Made by a program: the position numbers and the translations under genes. This document shows, one piece after another, positions 47,087 to 55,200 of a stretch of DNA of 60,854 nucleotides. Under the pieces are notes generated by a model. It did no database searches, had not been told where the DNA came from, and was given only the letters and a program-made list of their open reading frames with translations. Origin of the DNA: a virus (taxonomy: Duplodnaviria; Caudoviricetes); the IMG/VR virus record IMGVR_UViG_3300005609_000008, positions 1 through 60,854 of that record; one strand, written 5' to 3'. The number at the start of each line of letters is the position of its first letter. Positions within the stretch are counted from its first letter, which is position 1.

Positions 47087-47482
47087 ATGACTACAGAACA
47101 AATTTTAGACCAACTACACGACAACACGATTCACGCAATCCAAGTCGAATTGCTTGAGATTCTTCAAGCCAATGACCTTGCAAATAATGACAAGGCATTA
47201 AACGAAACCGACTACGAGTTTATGAATATGCTACTAAAAAAGTTCTTCAACAAAACACACTATCAGAAGGCTTACTATCTGTTTGGAGATAGTGCAGTTC
47301 AGATATTTGATGATGAAGGAGTAGATGCCTTAATTGAGGCTTACGAAGACAACGAAGTTGGATACCTTACTTATTGCTTTGACCAAAGCAAAGATACACC
47401 TACAGACCTCTTGTATGAGGCTCAAGGGATGAACGACTTTTCCGTAATAACTGAAGAAGAATATAATAAATTAAATCAATAG
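47087..47482 (+). CDS. Early acidic hypothetical protein (131 aa)
   Basis: Leader motif followed by ATG. Confidence 0.75.
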   Translation: MTTEQILDQLHDNTIHAIQVELLEILQANDLANNDKALNETDYEFMNMLLKKFFNKTHYQKAYYLFGDSAVQIFDDEGVDALIEAYEDNEVGYLTYCFDQSKDTPTDLLYEAQGMNDFSVITEEEYNKLNQ

Positions 47483-47487
47483 AAATT

Positions 47488-47796
47488 ATGACTACAAAAA
47501 TCAAATTAAGAGATGGATTTCCACAAGGATATCTACCACAAGGAATCACCTACAAGAACTACACAATGCTTGTAGCAATCGCTAACTATTCTGACAACGG
47601 CTCTTGTTGTGGAACTGCACACACTCTCATCGAAGAGGTTGCATCCATAGAACGCAAGAATCAACTTGTAGATGGGTTAGGAGGCTTTATGACTGCCGTT
47701 TGCAGAGGCACGTTTACAGAGGCTTGGAAAAGAGCAGACCACTCTAATCGCAAGGCACTAATCGAGGGACTAACCAATAACGAGATAGAGCTATGA
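47488..47796 (+). CDS. Early hypothetical protein (102 aa)
   Basis: Variant leader; GGFMTAVC.G....AW.RAD..N motif. Confidence 0.75.
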   Translation: MTTKIKLRDGFPQGYLPQGITYKNYTMLVAIANYSDNGSCCGTAHTLIEEVASIERKNQLVDGLGGFMTAVCRGTFTEAWKRADHSNRKALIEGLTNNEIEL

Positions 47797-48056
47797 TACA
47801 GACAACAGAAGATTTTTGGAAGGCTACCACATGGAATGCTATAGAAGGGCTTACGATACCATTTGATGACGTTTATGCGATACTTGATGAGAATCGTGGT
47901 GAGGTAGAAGAACATAGCTTTATACTACGAGGTAATCCATACGAAAGGATGAGTTACAACGATAGACTCAGCTACACCCTTAACTTACTATCAAAACGTA
48001 AGTTTCTATTATACCTAGACAAGTATGGTAACATATATAATGGAGTAGTAATGTAG
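47793..48056 (+). CDS. Early hypothetical protein (87 aa)
   Basis: ATGA coupling with the upstream gene. Confidence 0.7.
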   Translation: MIQTTEDFWKATTWNAIEGLTIPFDDVYAILDENRGEVEEHSFILRGNPYERMSYNDRLSYTLNLLSKRKFLLYLDKYGNIYNGVVM

Positions 48057-48073
48057 AGGAACAACCTCAACCT

Positions 48074-48151
48074 CATCAAATGCCTTGCACAGAAATGTGC
48101 GAGGTTTTGGTGGTACAAGGCGATATTGCCTTGCATTTAAAACAATTAGAA
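48074..48151 (+). promoter_or_regulatory. Double-hairpin element 2
   Basis: Same architecture as element 1 with different stem sequences. Confidence 0.6.
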
Positions 48152-48153
48152 CG

Positions 48154-48330
48154 ATGGCAAAAGCAATCACAGATTACACCTTAGATGGTGATGGAACACT
48201 GACAACATTTGTCGGTAAAGAAGTACACAATGTTATGTATAATGTAGACACCTTTTTTGAGGCTCAGATGCATATCAGTGAACAGAACAATGAACTATTT
48301 AACAAACATTTATTAATCAGAAACAATTAG
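48154..48330 (+). CDS. Early hypothetical protein (58 aa)
   Basis: Start re-assigned to the ATG after the leader motif. Confidence 0.7.
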   Translation: MAKAITDYTLDGDGTLTTFVGKEVHNVMYNVDTFFEAQMHISEQNNELFNKHLLIRNN

Positions 48331-48334
48331 AATT

Positions 48335-48673
48335 ATGAAGAATTATTACAGAGAATTAAGACACAATCCACCAACACTAGAGGTGGTAAAAAATCCAAAG
48401 AGAGTAACACTAAAAATGGTTGCGTGTATGTGCGACAATCGTTCAGAAATCAAGTTTATAAAGACAGAAGATTTTTGGAGGGTATGGTCAGTTCTTCCGA
48501 GTGGAATGGGCAACGCAATGAGCAACTATCAGTTCGGTTGTGGTGCAACTGGAGGTGGCTTTAAAGCTAGTGCTGACGACCTATGTTGGATGGCTCTAGA
48601 AGGCGATTGGGATGGAATCCTAAAGACCATTAATAGTGGAACTGCAGTAATAGAAAAAGTAAGAAGTTTATAA
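48335..48673 (+). CDS. Early hypothetical protein (112 aa)
   Basis: Leader motif followed by ATG. Confidence 0.75.
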   Translation: MKNYYRELRHNPPTLEVVKNPKRVTLKMVACMCDNRSEIKFIKTEDFWRVWSVLPSGMGNAMSNYQFGCGATGGGFKASADDLCWMALEGDWDGILKTINSGTAVIEKVRSL

Positions 48674-48693
48674 CCATTAAAACAATTAGAAAA

Positions 48694-48936
48694 ATGAAGA
48701 CACAAAATTTAACATATGTCAATGAAGAAAATGAACAAGTAGGTTTGTTTCTTCTCAATACTCTAGAAGGTAAAAAAATATGGAGTATGAGCCAAACAAG
48801 TGATGAATTAGAATCTCTAGTTAGGAAATACCACAGAAAGAATGGTATTACTAATTGGAAATTTGCAGACAACTATGACGAAGGTATAGATTGGGTTTGC
48901 TTTGGAGATTTATTTAACAATTTAAAAAACAATTAG
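48694..48936 (+). CDS. Early hypothetical protein (80 aa)
   Basis: Leader motif followed by ATG. Confidence 0.75.
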   Translation: MKTQNLTYVNEENEQVGLFLLNTLEGKKIWSMSQTSDELESLVRKYHRKNGITNWKFADNYDEGIDWVCFGDLFNNLKNN

Positions 48937-48940
48937 AAAG

Positions 48941-49294
48941 ATGAAACAGATTATTAGAAAAAATGACATCCAATCAAGATTGGAATCAAGAGAATGTACA
49001 ATAGTAGAAGTAAACCACATATGGCATCAGCCATCAGACCGATGGATATACATCGAGAAACACGAAGATAATTGGATTGGCTTAAACTTTATGCAAGGCG
49101 ATGAGTACGAACTATTCAAGGAAGAATACTGCATTGAAGATAGGGCATTGAGTACGTTCTTTGATGAGATGAAAAATGATGAACTACCTTTTGATCTTCA
49201 ACTCGAAAAAGATGGAGATGTGGAATACATCGATAAAATCATATGGATATTTTATAAAGCAAAGGCAAGTATATTTAACTTTTCAAGCCTATGA
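48941..49294 (+). CDS. Early acidic hypothetical protein (117 aa)
   Basis: Leader motif followed by ATG. Confidence 0.75.
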   Translation: MKQIIRKNDIQSRLESRECTIVEVNHIWHQPSDRWIYIEKHEDNWIGLNFMQGDEYELFKEEYCIEDRALSTFFDEMKNDELPFDLQLEKDGDVEYIDKIIWIFYKAKASIFNFSSL

Positions 49295-49440
49295 AAGCGA
49301 CCTTAAAATTTAAGACTGACAGAGGTACAGATTGGTATCTTACTAAAGAGTTTGCTGACAAGAAACATATGGATAATTTTATTGGATACATATGTAGGAC
49401 AAAGTTTGGATACTCTCTAGATGAGGTATTTCCAGAATAA
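49291..49440 (+). CDS. Early hypothetical protein (49 aa, MKATLKFKTDRG...)
   Basis: Hand-translated; ATGA coupling. Confidence 0.65.
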   Translation: MKATLKFKTDRGTDWYLTKEFADKKHMDNFIGYICRTKFGYSLDEVFPE

Positions 49441-49538
49441 CAAAAGTGGGATGCGTAGACGCACTTGTATGGAGCAAAACCATATCCCACATCTAACTAG
49501 GATAAAGTCCCTTCCGACTAAAATGGGCGATTTAAATT

Positions 49539-49781
49539 ATGAGTGAAATGGAACAAGAAAAAATCGTAAGCCTCAATGCAGACAAATCCTTGCGTAGAGC
49601 ATTGGACATCAAAGAGGCTAAAGACCTTTTAAAAAGAGAAGGATTAGAAATTATGAGTAAAAAAGAATTAATTAAAAAAATTGAATGGATTATAGAAGGT
49701 TTGGAAGTAGGAGATAATATTTTCAAAGTAGTCCAAGATATAGATAAATTAATAAAAGAAGAGAAAAACCAAAACAATTAG
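49539..49781 (+). CDS. Early hypothetical protein (80 aa; possible internal start at 49653)
   Basis: ORF track; contains an internal ATTAGAAATTATG. Confidence 0.65.
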   Translation: MSEMEQEKIVSLNADKSLRRALDIKEAKDLLKREGLEIMSKKELIKKIEWIIEGLEVGDNIFKVVQDIDKLIKEEKNQNN

Positions 49782-49785
49782 AATT

Positions 49786-50028
49786 ATGAGTGAAAAAATA
49801 TTAGTAAGCGATAGTAGATTTCTAGAATGTGTAGATGAAATGGCTACACAAATCACCGAAATGAATTTTGGTGAAGAAACTTACATAGAACTAAAAAGTG
49901 ATTTGGATAACCACGTTAGAATGTGTTTTACAGATGAGGCACAAGACTTTTATAATGACAAATTTGATGAGTATGAAACATTAATCAACAACACATTAAA
50001 TGTGTGGAATAAACAGAGAGAATTATGA
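49786..50028 (+). CDS. Early acidic hypothetical protein (80 aa)
   Basis: Leader motif followed by ATG. Confidence 0.75.
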   Translation: MSEKILVSDSRFLECVDEMATQITEMNFGEETYIELKSDLDNHVRMCFTDEAQDFYNDKFDEYETLINNTLNVWNKQREL

Positions 50029-50270
50029 GTACAGAAAACACGTTCAACATCTACCATTATAGTGATGGGATGACAAGAAAGTACGGCAATGAAAACAACC
50101 TAGAAATAGAAGATGCCGTAGAAAATTTGATTTACTACGATATTGTAAGTAGTAAATATTCAGAAGAAGAACTGCAAGATAAACTTGAAGAAATGCAGTC
50201 TGATTTTTGGATTGGGAGTAGATGGTATGAAATTAAAATATCCAAAAACAACTCAAGACATGGAGAATAA
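50025..50270 (+). CDS. Early acidic hypothetical protein (81 aa)
   Basis: ATGA coupling. Confidence 0.7.
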   Translation: MSTENTFNIYHYSDGMTRKYGNENNLEIEDAVENLIYYDIVSSKYSEEELQDKLEEMQSDFWIGSRWYEIKISKNNSRHGE

Positions 50271-50913
50271 ACTATTAGAATTATTCGCAGGTTCTAGAAG
50301 TGTTGGCAAAGAGGCAGAGAAGTTAGGATACGAAGTATTTTCGTCTGACATCAATGAGTTCGATGGGATCGATTACGCAGTTGACATCAACAAGTTTGAT
50401 GTATCAAGAGTGCCATTCATCCCATCAGTCATATGGGCATCTCCACCTTGTACATATTTCTCTGTTGCTAGTATTGGCAAACATTGGAATAAAGACCACA
50501 CACCGAAGTCAGAGAACGCACTTAAAGGTGTGGAGTATGTTCAGTCTACCTTGAATATAATTGAACACTTTAGAAGGCTAAATCCAAACCTAAAGTTTTT
50601 CATAGAGAATCCTAGAGGAAAGCTACGTAAATTAAGTGTGGTCCAGGCGTTGCCAAGAACAACGATATGGTACTGCACCTATGGAGATTCTAGGGCAAAA
50701 CCCACAGACATTTGGAGCAACTTTATCTACGGATTGGATAATCCAAACGGATGGATTCCTAGAGCAGAATGTCACAATGGTAACAAGAATTGCCATCACG
50801 AGTCTGCACCGAGAGGAAGTCAAAGTGGAACTCAAGGTCGGAAGGGTAACTACGAAAGGTCGAAGATACCATCGGAACTATGCAAGGAAGTAATGTTAAA
50901 ATGTAAACTATGA
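50260..50913 (+). CDS. C5 cytosine DNA methyltransferase-like protein
   Basis: Motif I LELFAGS, motif IV ASPPC, motif VI IENP; ATG start at 50260. Confidence 0.8.
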   Translation: MENKLLELFAGSRSVGKEAEKLGYEVFSSDINEFDGIDYAVDINKFDVSRVPFIPSVIWASPPCTYFSVASIGKHWNKDHTPKSENALKGVEYVQSTLNIIEHFRRLNPNLKFFIENPRGKLRKLSVVQALPRTTIWYCTYGDSRAKPTDIWSNFIYGLDNPNGWIPRAECHNGNKNCHHESAPRGSQSGTQGRKGNYERSKIPSELCKEVMLKCKL

Positions 50914-51551
50914 AGATACTAGTAGGATGTGAGGAATCACAAGCCGTAACCATAGAGTTACGCAAGTTAGGTCACGAGGCATTCAGTTGCGATGTGATGG
51001 AGAGTAGTGGAGGATATCCACAATGGCACATACAAGGCGATTTATTAAAGGAGTTGCACAAGGGTTGGGATATGCTTATTGCATTCCCACCTTGCACTCA
51101 TTTAGCCGTTAGTGGTGCTAGACACTTTGAGCAGAAGATTAAGGATGGTAGGCAACAACAAGGTATAGACTTTTTTATGGAGATGATTAACGCACCCATA
51201 GATAAGATATGCGTAGAAAATCCTATTGGAATTATGAGTACAAAGTACCGAAAGCCTAGCCAAATAATCCAACCTTGGATGTTTGGAGATAAGGCTCAAA
51301 AGAGTACGTGCCTATGGCTTAAAAACCTACCTCTACTTGTTCCAACGAATATTGTAGAAAAAGGCGAGTTCATAGAATTCGTTAGTAAAAAGGGAGTCAA
51401 GAAAAGACAACCGAAGTGGTACTTTGATGCACTAAAGAATTCAAAAAATGCATCGGAGAGATCAAAACTACGAAGTAAAACGTTCAAGGGAATAGCCAAA
51501 GCTATGGCTACCCAATTTACAATTATTAACCAAAAACAATTAGAATTATGA
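50910..51551 (+). CDS. C5 cytosine DNA methyltransferase-like protein (phage 'CEES' family)
   Basis: ILVGCEESQ, AFPPCTHL, VENP, K.TCLWL and RSKTF.GIA motifs. Confidence 0.8.
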   Translation: MKILVGCEESQAVTIELRKLGHEAFSCDVMESSGGYPQWHIQGDLLKELHKGWDMLIAFPPCTHLAVSGARHFEQKIKDGRQQQGIDFFMEMINAPIDKICVENPIGIMSTKYRKPSQIIQPWMFGDKAQKSTCLWLKNLPLLVPTNIVEKGEFIEFVSKKGVKKRQPKWYFDALKNSKNASERSKLRSKTFKGIAKAMATQFTIINQKQLEL

Positions 51552-51754
51552 CAATCGAAAAATTATTAAGTGAGCCAATAGTGTTTGTTTACTCGGAAAC
51601 GGATGACGCATCAGCGACATACGAATTTAATTACGAAGAAGTAAAACAAGTTATTGAGGCACACAATGAAGATTTTGACACGAACTACAAAACCATCGCA
51701 GAATTTAATGATGGCGAAGAATATAGAAAAATAAATATTAACCTACCATTTTAA
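51548..51754 (+). CDS. Early acidic hypothetical protein (68 aa)
   Basis: Leader motif followed by ATG. Confidence 0.75.
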   Translation: MTIEKLLSEPIVFVYSETDDASATYEFNYEEVKQVIEAHNEDFDTNYKTIAEFNDGEEYRKININLPF

Positions 51755-51766
51755 ACAATTAGAATT

Positions 51767-51904
51767 ATGAAAGTAAAAAATGAAAGCCTAGAAAATAAAC
51801 TAAAATTTTGGAGGCAAAGCCTAAAAAACGCAATGATTAAGGGCGATTTAAATTATGCAATGCATTGCGATACAATTATTAATAAATTAAAACAAGAATT
51901 ATGA
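51767..51904 (+). CDS. Early hypothetical protein (45 aa)
   Basis: Hand-translated; leader motif followed by ATG. Confidence 0.65.
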   Translation: MKVKNESLENKLKFWRQSLKNAMIKGDLNYAMHCDTIINKLKQEL

Positions 51905-52194
51905 AAGTAAAAATTGAAACAAGACAAGTGTATCACAAGTATGCACAAGTAGAAATAGAAGTATGCGAAGATGATTTCGACCACTTTAAATTAGATAATG
52001 GAAAGTGGACAACACTCCAAGACTATTTAATATCCCATGAAGACTTGTATACCGACAAGATTGACCAAGCTATATCTAAAGCAAAGTATGAATGTGGTAA
52101 TGGTATAGAGGAACACGATGGAATGAATGAGCCAGAATCAACATCAGAGTGGAGATATGAGTGTGATAAATTGCACGATGGAGGACATCTGTAG
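51901..52194 (+). CDS. Early acidic hypothetical protein (97 aa)
   Basis: Variant leader; ATGA coupling. Confidence 0.75.
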   Translation: MKVKIETRQVYHKYAQVEIEVCEDDFDHFKLDNGKWTTLQDYLISHEDLYTDKIDQAISKAKYECGNGIEEHDGMNEPESTSEWRYECDKLHDGGHL

Positions 52195-52220
52195 CTAATC
52201 AAAACAACCATTTATTAATT

Positions 52221-52251
52221 AAGCCTATGCAATTATGTGTAGGTTTTTTTT
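52221..52251 (+). terminator. Intrinsic terminator closing the early region
   Basis: AGCCTATGC-aattat-GTGTAGGTT followed by a T tract. Confidence 0.75.
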
Positions 52252-52282
52252 ATGTGTGCAGTAACCCTGCATAGTTGCATTC

Positions 52283-52290
52283 TATATTTG
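52283..52290 (+). promoter_or_regulatory. TAnnTTTG promoter element
   Basis: TATATTTG 24 nt upstream of the ATG at 52315. Confidence 0.6.
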
Positions 52291-52314
52291 TAGCATAATT
52301 TTAAAATATATATT

Positions 52315-52494
52315 ATGTACGAACTAGAACAAGTAGAAGAAGTTAAAAGAGTAAAAGCTGAAATACTCGAAATAAACTTATGGAGTTTTAAAACAGACAA
52401 GGGTTGGGTTAAAAAAGAATATTGTTTATATGCTCATCCTCCTTATGTGAGTCAAAAAATATGGGTTAGGGAAAATCAATTTTTTAAACTTTAA
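52315..52494 (+). CDS. Hypothetical protein (59 aa)
   Basis: Hand-translated. Confidence 0.6.
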   Translation: MYELEQVEEVKRVKAEILEINLWSFKTDKGWVKKEYCLYAHPPYVSQKIWVRENQFFKL

Positions 52495-52505
52495 AAAGCA
52501 GAATT

Positions 52506-52706
52506 ATGAATAGAACACAAAGAGAAGCGATAACGTTTTTAACGATGCAGTTTGGTGTGCTTGAGTTGTATGACTCACCAAATGGAATTATATTAGCCAG
52601 ACATCCTAGAGGTATTGAGTCGATAGGAACAAGGGGTGGAATAACAAGGCATTTAAATATCCACAAAAATAAGTTTTATAAAAATGGTTGTTGGGCTTAC
52701 AAGTAG
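52506..52706 (+). CDS. Hypothetical protein (66 aa)
   Basis: ORF track; followed by a terminator-like hairpin at 52693-52715. Confidence 0.6.
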   Translation: MNRTQREAITFLTMQFGVLELYDSPNGIILARHPRGIESIGTRGGITRHLNIHKNKFYKNGCWAYK

Positions 52707-52762
52707 GCTTTTTTATTGATATAATTCGCTGATTCTTTCTAGTTTTTGTGCAATAAATTTCT

Positions 52763-52770
52763 TATATTTG
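52763..52770 (+). promoter_or_regulatory. TAnnTTTG promoter element for recombination genes
   Basis: TATATTTG 18 nt upstream of the ATG at 52789. Confidence 0.65.
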
Positions 52771-52788
52771 TCTAAATTTAATCAAATT

Positions 52789-52941
52789 ATGAAGACAATG
52801 AAACTTACTGTACACCTATATTATGGTGGAGCACACCCATCAGAAACTAAACACACCAATGATATAGATCAGGCTAGGAGATGGGTAGCCGATGCCGAAC
52901 ATGGCGAGATTATTAACTCTCAAAACATATCAGTAGAATGA
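52789..52941 (+). CDS. Hypothetical protein (50 aa)
   Basis: Hand-translated; ATGA coupling to the next gene. Confidence 0.6.
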   Translation: MKTMKLTVHLYYGGAHPSETKHTNDIDQARRWVADAEHGEIINSQNISVE

Positions 52942-53240
52942 AGTACACACTATTTAACAAGTTAGCCACAGAAGTATCGGTGGCATTTGGAATGGAAGAA
53001 AAATATTTATTCCAAAAAAATAAAAAAGCATCTATAGTAGACGCAAGATATTTATTATACTACCTATGTTTAGAAAACAAAATACAACTCACAAACATTC
53101 AAAAGTATATGGAGAACAGAGGATACCAAATACCTCACTCCACTATACACTACGGAATAAAAAGAGTTAATGAAAAGGTTTCTGAAGATAGAGATTATCA
53201 AATTGTTATAGATAGAATAAATACTTTATGTACAATTTAG
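52938..53240 (+). CDS. DnaA C-terminal (domain IV)-like HTH protein
   Basis: IVDARYLLYYL...I.......HSTIHYGIKRV matches the Bac_DnaA_C pattern. Confidence 0.7.
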   Translation: MKYTLFNKLATEVSVAFGMEEKYLFQKNKKASIVDARYLLYYLCLENKIQLTNIQKYMENRGYQIPHSTIHYGIKRVNEKVSEDRDYQIVIDRINTLCTI

Positions 53241-53620
53241 GTGAATTATTCTACCAAGCTGAAAAAGATTATCATTCAAAACCATTGCATGACAAAGTAG
53301 TTAATTCTTATATGTGTTATGGATTTAAAATTATAAAAGAATTAAATTCAAACCAGGTATCCATCGTAGATATGACAAAAGGTGGAGACTACTACCAAGA
53401 AATAAATATTGACGAGTATAGTTATTTTAAAACTTTAGGTTGGAAAAGAGCAATATATGTCTTATATTTGTCTAATTGTCGTACAAAGCTTTCACGATTG
53501 GAAACAAGAATACAGAATGCTTTGGTTAATAATGTTAGTATAAAGACAATCAGAAAACTTAAAGCTAGCAGGGAACAAATCTTACGAAACTTTAATAAAG
53601 TAAAAATCAAGTTAAATTAA
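53228..53620 (+). CDS. Hypothetical protein (130 aa)
   Basis: ORF track; overlaps the upstream gene. Confidence 0.7.
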   Translation: MYNLGELFYQAEKDYHSKPLHDKVVNSYMCYGFKIIKELNSNQVSIVDMTKGGDYYQEINIDEYSYFKTLGWKRAIYVLYLSNCRTKLSRLETRIQNALVNNVSIKTIRKLKASREQILRNFNKVKIKLN

Positions 53621-53633
53621 ATTAAATACAATT

Positions 53634-54326
53634 ATGAAAGAAACAGAAAAATCAGTTTTTGAAACTCTGTCGGCTATCAATGTCAATGACAAGGTCGAGC
53701 AGAAAAATGGATTAACTTATCTCTCTTGGGCATGGGCATGGGCAGAGGTAAAGAAGAACTACCCTAGTGCAACGTACAAGGTAGTAAAAGACGAGGCTAC
53801 CAATTTACCTTTTGTTTACGATGTGCATATGGGTTATATGTGTAGCACAGAGGTTACCATCAAGGGCGAAACATTGGAAATGTGGTTGCCAGTTATGGAT
53901 GGAGCAAACAAGGCTATGAAGTTAGAGGCATACGAGTACACCACAAGGTATGGAAAGAAGTCTGTAAAGGGTGCTACAATGTTTGACATCAACAAGACTA
54001 TTATGAGATGTCTTGTGAAGAACTTAGCTATGTTTGGGTTAGGTCATTACATCTATGCTGGTGAAGACTTACCACAAGATGACAAGAGTGTAGCCGAGAA
54101 GTTAGCTACTCCAAAAAAGGCAGAGCCTAAAAAGACTGCACCAAAAAAATCAGAGCCTAAAAAGACTACTATAATTAAGCTAGATATTGGTGATGATAAT
54201 TGGGATAAGGTCTTGAATTATGTCATAGCCAATAAAGAGTTAGGATTAAAGAAGATCGGTGAGAACTTACTTACTAAGTATAGTATGACTGCAAAGGTTA
54301 AAAAAGAAATTGCTAAATCCTTATAA
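53634..54326 (+). CDS. Single-strand annealing protein (Sak3/DUF1071, Rad52-like)
   Basis: LTYLSWAWAW, MWLPVMD and INKTIMRCLVKNLAMFGLGHYIYAGEDLP motifs. Confidence 0.85.
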   Translation: MKETEKSVFETLSAINVNDKVEQKNGLTYLSWAWAWAEVKKNYPSATYKVVKDEATNLPFVYDVHMGYMCSTEVTIKGETLEMWLPVMDGANKAMKLEAYEYTTRYGKKSVKGATMFDINKTIMRCLVKNLAMFGLGHYIYAGEDLPQDDKSVAEKLATPKKAEPKKTAPKKSEPKKTTIIKLDIGDDNWDKVLNYVIANKELGLKKIGENLLTKYSMTAKVKKEIAKSL

Positions 54327-54329
54327 GCT

Positions 54330-55070
54330 ATGTCAGACACAATAATAAAACAACTTAAAGACGATAAGGAATATTACGGAGGGATAGGTAAGAACTATCT
54401 CTCCAATAGTGATATTGGAGCATTACTTTCAAACCCAAAAGAATTTGGGGTACAGAAAGATGACAATATAAATTTTGCAAAAGGAAGACTGTTTCATCAT
54501 TTAATTTTAGAGCCAGAGAAAGTTCAAAATTGGAGTGCAGTTGATGTGTCTAGCAGAAACACAAAGAAGTACAAAGAAATAATAGCTGAGTCTAATGAGC
54601 CATTTCTTTTGTTACAGAAAGAGTTTGACGAGATTACAGAACTCTCAAAAGTAATGACATCAAACCTAGATTTCTACGATATGATATATGCTGATGGTAA
54701 TCAGTTTGAAGTGCCTTCAATTGGAGAGATTGGAGGAGTAATGTGGAAAGGTAAAGCAGATATAGTTTGTGATGACTGCTTGATTGATATAAAAACTACA
54801 AGTGACATAAATAAATTCATTTATAGTGCATCAAACTACAACTACGATAGCCAAGCATACGTATACCATACATTGTTTGGTAAGCCACTTAAATTCCTAG
54901 TAATAGACAAGAGTAATGGTCAGCTAGGAGTCTTTGAAACAACGGCAGACTTTATTGAAAAAGGTGCAGTAAAAGTTCAGAAAGCAATTCAGGTATACAA
55001 TAAGTTTTTTCATGACGTAAAGGCTACGGATGATATAAACCAATACTATCGTCATGTGGAGCTTTTTTAA
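54330..55070 (+). CDS. PD-(D/E)XK exonuclease (RecE/ExoVIII, DUF3799-like)
   Basis: LSNSDI, GRLFH..ILEP, KGKAD, IDIKTT and YDSQAYVY motifs. Confidence 0.8.
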   Translation: MSDTIIKQLKDDKEYYGGIGKNYLSNSDIGALLSNPKEFGVQKDDNINFAKGRLFHHLILEPEKVQNWSAVDVSSRNTKKYKEIIAESNEPFLLLQKEFDEITELSKVMTSNLDFYDMIYADGNQFEVPSIGEIGGVMWKGKADIVCDDCLIDIKTTSDINKFIYSASNYNYDSQAYVYHTLFGKPLKFLVIDKSNGQLGVFETTADFIEKGAVKVQKAIQVYNKFFHDVKATDDINQYYRHVELF

Positions 55071-55200
55071 AAAACTAAAAAAATCTTCTAACATTATGTA
55101 CTTACAAGTTCCAAAAGTATGTAAGACCAGGAGGGATAAGAACTTACTTATCGAAGAAACATTAAAACATTTGGAACGTAACATTAAAATTAATCAATAA
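55054..55200 (+). CDS. Small hypothetical protein (48 aa; alternative start 55096)
   Basis: Hand-translated; stop abuts the next ATG. Confidence 0.5.
   Translation: MWSFFKKLKKSSNIMYLQVPKVCKTRRDKNLLIEETLKHLERNIKINQ

Larger units (their letters stand above)
45707..51764 (+). repeat. Dispersed leader repeat AAACAATTAGAA (9 exact and at least 3 near copies)
   Basis: Exact copies at 46169, 46840, 48140, 48321, 48680, 48927, 49772, 51534 and 51753; one mismatch at 45707, 45885 and 47072; each ends 2-3 nt before an ATG. Confidence 0.95.

Noticed and set aside
49441-49538. tRNA gene
   Set aside because: No T-loop GTTCRA, no D-arm consensus and no cloverleaf spacing.
45501-52194. TAG stop-codon reassignment
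   Set aside because: The frequent TAG stops come from the leader motif and are followed by out-of-frame ATGs. Long genes are intact under code 11 and I saw no suppressor tRNA.
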